Assembly (NCBI GenBank): GCA_045805065.1
Contig: JBJMMA010000161.1
Coordinates: forward strand, 1-12,172
Direction of reading: 5' to 3'
DNA: 12,172 nt
Source of the DNA: Bdellovibrionia bacterium
GTDB taxonomy: Bacteria > Bdellovibrionota > UBA1018
In this document: piece by piece, positions 1 to 7,046 of the stretch
Layout of the letters: each line of letters begins with the position of its first letter
Position numbering within the stretch: the first letter of the stretch is position 1
Translations under genes and position numbers: made by a program
The notes under the pieces: model-generated
Told to the model about the DNA's origin: nothing
Databases searched by the model: none
The model's input: the letters and a program-made list of their open reading frames with translations, nothing else

Positions 1-2
1 AT

Positions 3-1823
3 CTCGCCAGTCCCGATGGGAAGAAGCTCACGCTTGCCGGATCATCCGGGATCCGCCCGGGCTCCCTGGATTCATTTTCCAATGGTCCCTGGCCATTGGC
101 TCAGGTCGCCCGGAGCCGGGTTCCGGAAAAAGTGAGCGATTTACGAGCGCGCCTGGGTGAAGACCTGCCGAGAACTCCTTGGGAAGAGGGGCCGGATTCC
201 GCAATCGTCTTTCCTCTCTCTCGCTCCAGGTCCGAGGATCCCGCAGGGTTTCTGGTCCTGGGCATCAGCCCGCGTCTCGAATTTGCCGATGCCTATCTTG
301 AATTCTTCAACCTGGTTTCTTATCAGATCGCCACTCACATTGCTAATGCCCGCCTGAGACTGGAAGCCGAGGAAGAGCGGGCCCGGCTGGATCGCGTGAT
401 CCAAAACACGCCCGTGGTGTTCTGGGCAGTCGATCAAAATGGCGTCTTCACCTTGTCTCTCGGCAAGGCGCTCGAAGACTTGGGACTTCGACCCAATGAG
501 ATTGTGGGAAAATGTCATTTCGATCTGTACAAGGATTATCCCGAAGCCGTTGCTCTGGTGAAGCGCGCGCTCCAAGGCGAATCCTTCTCCGCTGCAACTG
601 TTATTCAGGGGCGTGCTCTCGAAACGAATTACACGCCGATCCGCGATTCGCGGGGGGAGGTCAGCGGCGTGGTCGCGATCTCAACGGACGTCACCGCGCG
701 AATGCTCGCTCAGAAAGAAGCTGAAGTTGAGCGCGAACGCCTTCAACGATTGTTCATGGAAGCACCGGTCGGCATTTGCGTATTTGATGGGCCCGAGCAC
801 ACGTTCACCCTGGCCAATCCGACTTTTTACGCTGTTTTGTTTGGAGAAAACCGCGATTTTATCGGAAAGACGGTCCGTGAGGCGGTCCCTGAAGTTGCGG
901 GACAGGGCTTTTTTGAACTTTTGGACGGAGTCTATCAATCCGGTGAGTCCGTAATCGGCACGGAGACGCCCATCCATTTGAAGCAAGCAGACGGAACCGA
1001 GAAGCAGTTTTTTGTGAACTTCATCTATCAGGCCAAGCGCAATGCCGAAGGCCGAATCGATGGAATTCTCGCGGTGGTTTATGATGTCACGGAGTTGGTC
1101 GTGGCAAGACATCGCACGGAACAGGCTCTTCAGTCACGCGACGAGTTTCTTTCGATCGCCTCCCATGAGCTCAAGACCCCGCTGACCTCCCTGCATCTGG
1201 AAGCTCAAATCGCAAGGCGAAGACTTGCCAAGGACGAATCCAAAGCGGTGGAAATGCCCTGGATCGGAAAACTGGTCAATCAGACGGACAAAAGCATTCT
1301 GCGCCTCACACGCCTTGTGGACGATATGCTCGACGTTTCACGCATCGCGACCGGCAAGCTCTCGCTTCAGATGGAAACTTTCGATCTCTGTGAGCTTGCG
1401 CAGGAAATCGCAGATCGGATGCAAGCGCAGGTGCAGGCTGCAGGAACAACTCTTACGCTGATGTGCTGCGAACCGGTTTCCGGAAATTGGGATCGCTTCC
1501 GCATCGAACAGGTCATCACCAATCTGCTGACAAACGCTATACGTTACGGACACGGTAGCCCCATTGAATTGTCCGTTTCCAGAAATCGAGACCAGGCCGT
1601 TCTCAGCGTTCGTGACCATGGCCCCGGCATCTTGCCCGAGAACATGGAGCGCATCTTCCAGAGATTTGAACGCGGGGCCGCCGGCAGTGGCATCAGCGGT
1701 TTGGGTCTGGGTCTTTTTATCTGTCGTGAGATCATCGAGCGCCATGGAGGTCATATCTTCGTGGAAAGCGAGCAGGGTAAGGGCGCCACCTTTAAGGTTC
1801 TGCTTCCTTTAGGTGAATCTTAA
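3..1823 (+). CDS. Sensor histidine kinase (GAF-like + 2 PAS + HisKA + HATPase_c), 5'-truncated by the window edge
   Basis: The frame is open from base 3 (LASPDGKKLTLAGSSG...WPLAQVA), so TTG 96 is not the true start. Motifs: H-box FLSIASHELKTPL (His codon 1164-1166), N-box EQVITNLLTNAIRY, G1 VRDHGPGI, F-box IFQRFER, G2 GLGLGLFI, and GKGATF. Two PAS-like segments end in STDVT and VYDVT. No receiver domain in the visible part. Confidence 0.95.
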   Translation, partial: LASPDGKKLTLAGSSGIRPGSLDSFSNGPWPLAQVARSRVPEKVSDLRARLGEDLPRTPWEEGPDSAIVFPLSRSRSEDPAGFLVLGISPRLEFADAYLEFFNLVSYQIATHIANARLRLEAEEERARLDRVIQNTPVVFWAVDQNGVFTLSLGKALEDLGLRPNEIVGKCHFDLYKDYPEAVALVKRALQGESFSAATVIQGRALETNYTPIRDSRGEVSGVVAISTDVTARMLAQKEAEVERERLQRLFMEAPVGICVFDGPEHTFTLANPTFYAVLFGENRDFIGKTVREAVPEVAGQGFFELLDGVYQSGESVIGTETPIHLKQADGTEKQFFVNFIYQAKRNAEGRIDGILAVVYDVTELVVARHRTEQALQSRDEFLSIASHELKTPLTSLHLEAQIARRRLAKDESKAVEMPWIGKLVNQTDKSILRLTRLVDDMLDVSRIATGKLSLQMETFDLCELAQEIADRMQAQVQAAGTTLTLMCCEPVSGNWDRFRIEQVITNLLTNAIRYGHGSPIELSVSRNRDQAVLSVRDHGPGILPENMERIFQRFERGAAGSGISGLGLGLFICREIIERHGGHIFVESEQGKGATFKVLLPLGES

Positions 1824-1847
1824 GATCTTCAGTACTGCATCCGATAA
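1820..1847 (+). promoter_or_regulatory. Putative sigma28 (FliA)-type promoter TTAAG-N15-TCCGATAA
   Basis: Near-consensus -10 (GCCGATAA) and a TAAAG-like -35, ending 8 nt before GTG 1856, which has no Shine-Dalgarno sequence. Confidence 0.5.
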
Positions 1848-1855
1848 AAGCAATT

Positions 1856-2530
1856 GTGGAATACTCATGTCCGCAATGCGGCTCAAATGACGTTAAGGTT
1901 CATCGGCTGCCTCAGCTGGGCTTGTTGTGCTGGTTATGGAATCCGGGACTCGCAGTGAATGAAATTGTACTCGGGCAAAGAGCTCCCGAGATCAGCTTCA
2001 CTTGTAATCGCTGCGAATTGCCTCTCGGAGAGAGAAACTATGTTCCGTGTCCGCACTGTAAGACCAATGTCGCCTCGACATCCTGGCCCAAGCGAAGTTG
2101 GTACGGAAACTGGTACGGGCTTGTTTGCCCAGAGTGCAGTCAACTCATCCCCTGCCTTCGTAATATAACGGCGCTGGTGTTTTTGAAGCTTACGCTCCCA
2201 TTTTGGTGGTTTCCGTCGCAGCGGTTTCGCGCCGTTTGGTTCAAGTGGAAAGTAAGTCAGATAGCAAAAACTCAGGCGAATCATTTACCGGCTTCGAAAC
2301 CTCAGAGCTGGATCAAGGTCGGGATTTATTGGGGAGTAGCTGGCTGGCTTTTATTCGCTCTTTTGTTTTCGTTTTCAATGAGCCTGATCAATGAAAGAGA
2401 GTTCTTGGATTTAGTGAAGGTATTGCTTCAACCACCCTTCGCAATGATGTGGTTAGCGGGAGGATTAGTGTACGGATATCGATATACTCGACCCCCTACG
2501 CGTAAAGTTCATAAACACGGTCTTGAATAA
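1856..2530 (+). CDS. Hypothetical membrane protein with four CxxC (zinc-ribbon-like) motifs and about three hydrophobic helices
   Basis: 224-aa ORF filling the gap between neighbours. Contains CPQC, CNRC, CPHC and CPEC, plus hydrophobic segments ITALVFLKLTLPFWWF, VGIYWGVAGWLLFALLFSFSM and PFAMMWLAGGLVYGY. Confidence 0.75.
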   Translation: MEYSCPQCGSNDVKVHRLPQLGLLCWLWNPGLAVNEIVLGQRAPEISFTCNRCELPLGERNYVPCPHCKTNVASTSWPKRSWYGNWYGLVCPECSQLIPCLRNITALVFLKLTLPFWWFPSQRFRAVWFKWKVSQIAKTQANHLPASKPQSWIKVGIYWGVAGWLLFALLFSFSMSLINEREFLDLVKVLLQPPFAMMWLAGGLVYGYRYTRPPTRKVHKHGLE

Positions 2531-2679
2531 AAGATGTGCCATGTCAGCGACGACACATCTCACTTTCAAAACTAGCGTCGTTGCGAATTGTGAAGATTGT
2601 CCTGGAACATTTTGGACACATTGAGGGTGCTCAGAAGCTTGGGCAACATAGAATCAGACCATTGATTCCAGGGGTACCC

Positions 2680-5226
2680 ATGAGAGATCTCAGCGCTTTC
2701 TTGAAGACATCCATCGTCGCGAGCTCCGTTGTTGCGGCAGTCAGTGTGACCGCGGTGGCGGCTGACACGGTTCCACCGTTTGCAGGCATTCAGCCGTTTC
2801 CTGGGAGTAGGCCTAACTATACCGGTTCGACCGTAGACAGTGCGTATCGACCCCCAAATGATAAAATCTATTCTTTGAACTGCGGCACCACCTATTCGGG
2901 CCCGCTTAACCTTTCAGGCTCGACGAACATAACGATTCAGCCTGCTACAGCCTGCGCAAGCGGGCAGAATCCTGTCATCATTCCCGGAGCACCACTCAAT
3001 GGAAGTTGGGCTGTGTATGACAGTGCTAACAATATTTATGCAATCAACGTGAACTTTCAGATCGGTCAGGTTTTTGTGAACTCCCAGCTCCTGGGCATCG
3101 CTCACTATCCGGACAGCATCTCTGAAGCGGGATGGCTTCAACTCAGTGCTGCAACGGATCTTAAGACGTACAACTCGGCAGCATCCATGACCATCAATTT
3201 TCGGGGACTTCCTGGCGGTCTTCAGTCTGCCGATCTTCAGGGCGCGCAACTCACTTACCGCGGAAGCTACCCTTGGTCCATCGGCACGAGAAACGTGTCG
3301 TCCTATAATCCCTCCACTGGGGATATCGTCATGGACCCTATCCCCGACTTCAACATGAGAGCCGAAGATGCTTCCAACATCGCAAGATTCTATCTCGAAG
3401 GAAAGCCGTGGATGCTCTCAAAGATGAGCGCATCATCATCCGGCTGGGCCTTTGTGGGTGGCGCTACGGGTGGAAAGCTCTACGTGAAATTGGCGAGTGG
3501 CCAGGTGCCTGGTAACCTGAACATCTGGGGTGCGGCTCCGGTCAGAAGCGTGATTGACGCGCGAGGCTCCAGCGGCGTGACGATTAAAAACGTGCGCATC
3601 GTGGGTGGAGACATCGGAATTGATGCAAGCTACCTCGATTCGGCTGCTAAAGCGGCGGATAATCTACAAGTTTTGAATAGTGAAGTCTCCTACAGCAACT
3701 GGTCTGCAATATACGCTTCCAATGCCACCAGGCTCGTTGTGGATCATTCGACGATCAACGGGGCTTTGCATTCTGGCATCTATGCCCGAGTGGGAACGAC
3801 AAACGCCACGGTCACCAACTCCACGTTCAACTATGTGAACAACATCGGAATGCATAAAGGTGGGGATGCTGCCGTTTACATTAATTACGATACCGGCCCA
3901 ACAGGACCGGCCGTGAATGCAAATTTTTTCAACTGGGTTGGAAAGGAGGCCGTCTCCGTCGGACAAAGCACCAATGCGAATGTGAACTACAACGTGATCA
4001 CCGGAGCCTGCCGAAATCATGGAGACTGCGGTGCGATCTATCTGTTTAGCCCAAGTAGTGGTCACCATGCGCTGAACGCCAGTGTGATTAATAACAACGT
4101 TAAATATGTCAACGGCGACATCATTCGTCCGGGTGGCAATAGCCCAGAGCGGTATGCCATCTATCTGGATGACTTCGCGAACGGCGTGCTTGTAAAAAAC
4201 AACTCGGTTCAGGCCAATGACTCAGGGATGCAAATCCACAACGGGTTTAATAATGCCATTCTGAGCAACACTTTTGGCGGAAACGCGCAAAGAGATATCA
4301 TGTTCAGTGACTCAGGATATGAAGATGGGCTGCAGATGTCCAATAACGTCATCTATTCGAACACTTTCAATGGTCCTGAAGCAGCCTTCTCTTTCTACTT
4401 CAACCAAAACTCAGGAAACCGACCTCCTCTCGCGGGTGTCGCGAGTCCTGCGGCGGTCTTGTACAGTAGCTCAGCTGACGTAAACACCTACAATACCGCG
4501 GTGATTTCGGACACGAACACCGGCCTATTGATTGCGCCTGTTGGACCTAACTGGGTGAAGTGCGCGACTGAGTACGGCACCTGTACTTTCAGCGGAACCA
4601 AAACCGTTCGCTATGGAGCAGGCACAAGCTGGGCTACGAGAGTCGCGACGGGCAGCATTGCTTGTAACAATTCTGTTTTCGGAGATCCAGCCTACGGCTC
4701 TGCGAAAGAGTGCGACGTCGATATGTCGGGCTCACCCGCACCCTCTCCGTCTCCTACGGCAACAGTGGCTCCATCGCCTACGCCTACGGTGACTGCACCG
4801 AACTGGGTGAAGTGCGCGGTAGAAGGCGGAGCCTGCTCCTTTAGCGGAACCTACACCGTTCGTTATGGCACGGGTGCAAGCTGGAGTGCGAAAACCCTGA
4901 GCAACGGAACTGCATGCAGTAACTCGGTGTTTGGCGATCCGGCGAGTGGTTATGCCAAAGAGTGCGATGTGGATATGAACAGCGGTTCTTCGCCGTCACC
5001 GGCGCCATCTGCATCTCCATCGCCAACTCCGACGGCAACTGCGACCACCTGGACAAAGTGCGCGGATGAAAATGGCACATGCACTTTCAGTGGAACCAAA
5101 ACCGTGCGCTACGGAGCAGGCACAAGCTGGGCTACAAAAGTCGCGACTGGCAGCATCGGGTGCAACAACGCTGTATTTGGTGATCCAGCTTACGGCACTG
5201 CGAAGGAATGTGACGTCAGTCAGTAA
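2680..5226 (+). CDS. Secreted right-handed parallel beta-helix protein (GH141-like motifs) with three C-terminal Cys-containing repeats, 848 aa
   Basis: ATG 2680 follows AGGGG and starts a signal peptide (MRDLSAFLKTSIVASSVVAAVSVTAVAA). Asn/Gly-rich PbH1-type repeats, motifs QVFVNSQLLGIAHYPD, GDCGAIY and YAIYLDD, and Pro/Ser/Thr linkers between the C-terminal repeats. Confidence 0.88.
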   Translation: MRDLSAFLKTSIVASSVVAAVSVTAVAADTVPPFAGIQPFPGSRPNYTGSTVDSAYRPPNDKIYSLNCGTTYSGPLNLSGSTNITIQPATACASGQNPVIIPGAPLNGSWAVYDSANNIYAINVNFQIGQVFVNSQLLGIAHYPDSISEAGWLQLSAATDLKTYNSAASMTINFRGLPGGLQSADLQGAQLTYRGSYPWSIGTRNVSSYNPSTGDIVMDPIPDFNMRAEDASNIARFYLEGKPWMLSKMSASSSGWAFVGGATGGKLYVKLASGQVPGNLNIWGAAPVRSVIDARGSSGVTIKNVRIVGGDIGIDASYLDSAAKAADNLQVLNSEVSYSNWSAIYASNATRLVVDHSTINGALHSGIYARVGTTNATVTNSTFNYVNNIGMHKGGDAAVYINYDTGPTGPAVNANFFNWVGKEAVSVGQSTNANVNYNVITGACRNHGDCGAIYLFSPSSGHHALNASVINNNVKYVNGDIIRPGGNSPERYAIYLDDFANGVLVKNNSVQANDSGMQIHNGFNNAILSNTFGGNAQRDIMFSDSGYEDGLQMSNNVIYSNTFNGPEAAFSFYFNQNSGNRPPLAGVASPAAVLYSSSADVNTYNTAVISDTNTGLLIAPVGPNWVKCATEYGTCTFSGTKTVRYGAGTSWATRVATGSIACNNSVFGDPAYGSAKECDVDMSGSPAPSPSPTATVAPSPTPTVTAPNWVKCAVEGGACSFSGTYTVRYGTGASWSAKTLSNGTACSNSVFGDPASGYAKECDVDMNSGSSPSPAPSASPSPTPTATATTWTKCADENGTCTFSGTKTVRYGAGTSWATKVATGSIGCNNAVFGDPAYGTAKECDVSQ
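4549..5220 (+). repeat. Three intragenic 174-bp (58-aa) repeats at 4549-4722, 4801-4974 and 5047-5220, separated by Pro/Ser/Thr linkers
   Basis: Consensus WxKCAxExGxCxFSGTxTVRYGxGxSW...CxNxVFGDPAxGxAKECDV, visible at both DNA and protein level. Confidence 0.95.
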
Positions 5227-5237
5227 TCGACGAGCGC

Positions 5238-5256
5238 GCCTGATCTAAGATCAGGC
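5238..5256. promoter_or_regulatory. Perfect inverted repeat GCCTGATCT-A-AGATCAGGC (terminator hairpin or operator/enhancer)
   Basis: 9-bp arms with a 1-nt centre, starting 12 nt after the stop of the beta-helix gene. The flanking AATCGA/TCGATT can also pair, and a short T run follows. Confidence 0.5.
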
Positions 5257-5292
5257 TGATCGATTTTAACGTTCTCCGCTCGATCCCTTCTC

Positions 5293-5308
5293 TGGCATTT
5301 GCGGTGCA
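5293..5308 (+). promoter_or_regulatory. Putative sigma54 (RpoN) -24/-12 promoter TGGCATTTGCGGTGCA
   Basis: GG (5294-5295) and GC (5306-5307) are exactly 10 nt apart, in TGGCA and TGCA context. The predicted start site near 5319 lies just upstream of the GAGGAGG RBS. Confidence 0.5.
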
Positions 5309-5339
5309 CATTCTGACCGCGAACCTGAGGAGGATCTCC

Positions 5340-5726
5340 ATGAAGTTTTGCAAAGAGAGCAAGAGATTGGTTTTGAGTCAGGTGATCGGTGCCGCGGCTT
5401 TGATGATCGCTGTGGACGCAGGTGCGCAAGTTACAGCCTATCCAGCGCAAGGGCAGTCGCCTCAGCAGCAGGAGATGGACAAGGCTGCCTGCCAGGACTT
5501 TGCAAAGTCTCAGACGGGATTTGATCCTCAGCAGGCGCTCTCCCAGGCCGGAACGCAGGGTCAGCAGGAGGAGCCTCACGCTCTTCGGGCGCGTAAAAGA
5601 GCGAAAGAGGAGAAGGCTGAGATCGCCCAGCAAGATCAGCAAAAAGCTCAGATGCAGCAGAAGCTCCAGGCTTATAACAAAGCCGAAGGGGTTTGCCTCA
5701 AGGGCAAGGGTTATTCAGTCGGCTGA
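5340..5726 (+). CDS. Small secreted protein of the YPAxGQS...C...TGFDP / CLxGxGYxV family (relatives of YMGG-like glycine-zipper proteins), 128 aa
   Basis: Strong RBS GAGGAGG before ATG 5340 and a signal peptide ending DAGA. Motifs YPAQGQSPQQQEMDKAAC, QTGFDP and YNKAEGVCLKGKGYSV flank a Gln/Lys/Glu-rich helical middle. Confidence 0.85.
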   Translation: MKFCKESKRLVLSQVIGAAALMIAVDAGAQVTAYPAQGQSPQQQEMDKAACQDFAKSQTGFDPQQALSQAGTQGQQEEPHALRARKRAKEEKAEIAQQDQQKAQMQQKLQAYNKAEGVCLKGKGYSVG

Positions 5727-5729
5727 GGA

Positions 5730-6956
5730 TTAATATCCTTTGAAAAAGATCGGTGAGGTTGAGCCAGTCATATTGACTGAAAGCGAACACGCCGAAGTTA
5801 AAGATCCCGATGTGGCTTTCAGATAGACAAGACCACTGAAGGTTCTTCTATTGATCTGTACGCCTGTAAATACTGCCGCACCGTTGGAGATGGCGACGGG
5901 AGATCCCGGGACCGTTGCGCCTAATAATGGAGTAGTGCAGGTGCTGTCAGAGTATGCAGTCAAAGTCACATTGCCTGTGTAGTTCACGTCGACCCAGTTG
6001 TTGTGAGTACTACTGACGGGGACCACGACTGGCTGTGCTGTCAGGTTCTTTCCCACTTGGCCTGAACTGGATGGTCGGAATTGAAAAACTAGCTTATCCG
6101 CCGCGTAGGGACCTGCGATGGTTCCCGCCGATCCTGAATTAAATCCGTTTCCTCCATCTACGTACAGCGACCCTGCAAAGGAGTTAGTGGTGTAGTAAAG
6201 AGCGATTCTTCCGCCACCGCCACCGCCGCCCCAACTGCCGCTGACAGTTGGGGAATCTCCACCCTTTGCAAAAATATATCCCGCTCCCGCCAAAGTTCCG
6301 ACTTGAAGCCAGATGCTTCCGCCTGATCCGCCGCCAGCCGATGCGAATGTATTGGTAGTGCCCGTCGCCCCACTCGCGCTCAAATTGCCATCTACAGTGA
6401 GTGTGCCTGTAACGACGAGTTTGATGGCACCACCTCCTGCACCTCCTGCAAGCCCAGAAGCTGTTAGGTTACCGCCTCCTGAACCTAGATCAGTGGGTTG
6501 CGTGATTGAACCATAGAAAACCGAGGATCCAAAATTGGCTGGCTTTCCTCTTCCGCCTGGGCCTCCATATGCGCCGCCGCCGGGACCAGAAGACGTTGTA
6601 TTGGCGCCGTTTCCCGGACCGCTTGCTCCTGGGTAGCCCATTCCATCCGCATTGAAAGAAGAAAGAGCGTCGATATTCATATTGCTGTCGATCGTGACGG
6701 TCACACTCGATGATGCAACAACTGTCGCAGAGTTTTGAACGGTCAGGCTGTTGAAATGGTATGAGCCTGCTCCCAATGTGAGCGTCGTTCCTGAGCCGGT
6801 GACGGTAACGTCGGCGCCAGGGTTGTCCCCAGCGGTCCAAGTGTTGCTGCCGTTGACTATCACGGACGGGGGCAACAAGGCTTGAGCTAAGCTTGGGTAT
6901 AGCAATGGGTACAGCAAAAGGATGAAGAGGCCCCTGGCCCAGGGATGCAAACTCAT
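5730..6956 (-). CDS. Secreted glycine-rich protein with a C-terminal Ig-like domain, 408 aa
   Basis: ATG 6956 follows GAGAG and starts a signal peptide ending SLAQA. Gly-rich block GGGAYGGPGG...YGSITQPTDLGSGGG...GGAGGGAIKL...GGGSGGSIWL...GGGGGGGRIALYY, then a beta-rich domain KLVFQFRPSS...QPVV...YSDSTCTT...VYLKATSGSLTSACS. Confidence 0.85.
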   Translation of the reverse strand: MSLHPWARGLFILLLYPLLYPSLAQALLPPSVIVNGSNTWTAGDNPGADVTVTGSGTTLTLGAGSYHFNSLTVQNSATVVASSSVTVTIDSNMNIDALSSFNADGMGYPGASGPGNGANTTSSGPGGGAYGGPGGRGKPANFGSSVFYGSITQPTDLGSGGGNLTASGLAGGAGGGAIKLVVTGTLTVDGNLSASGATGTTNTFASAGGGSGGSIWLQVGTLAGAGYIFAKGGDSPTVSGSWGGGGGGGRIALYYTTNSFAGSLYVDGGNGFNSGSAGTIAGPYAADKLVFQFRPSSSGQVGKNLTAQPVVVPVSSTHNNWVDVNYTGNVTLTAYSDSTCTTPLLGATVPGSPVAISNGAAVFTGVQINRRTFSGLVYLKATSGSLTSACSLSVNMTGSTSPIFFKGY

Positions 6957-6969
6957 AGTTCTCTCAATC

Positions 6970-6997
6970 TTATCGGCTGAATGGATGTATTTCATGA
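6970..6997 (-). promoter_or_regulatory. Putative sigma28 (FliA)-type promoter TCATG-N15-GCCGATAA
   Basis: Perfect GCCGATAA -10 on the minus strand, 13 nt upstream of ATG 6956. The -35 is one mismatch from TCAAG, with the same spacing as the site at 1820-1847. Confidence 0.6.
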
Positions 6998-7046
6998 GCT
7001 TTGGATCTGAGTGTCAGTTTTTCGGCGCAGCTGATAAGGAGAAGGC

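Noticed and set aside
141..1812. Multiple short alternative-frame ORFs within the kinase
   Set aside because: They overlap a well-supported gene and have no motifs of their own.
2589..2604. CRP/FNR-like site TGTGA-N6-TCCTG
   Set aside because: Only one half-site matches.
2536..2679. 48-aa N-terminal extension of the 896-aa ORF
   Set aside because: The RBS and signal peptide point to ATG 2680. The same logic moves 5304 to 5340, 6995 to 6956 and 8686 to 8641.
4549..5220. Repeats as a CRISPR array or DGR template/variable repeat
   Set aside because: They are in-frame 174-bp coding units with many synonymous differences that are not adenine-specific. No cas or reverse transcriptase gene is present.
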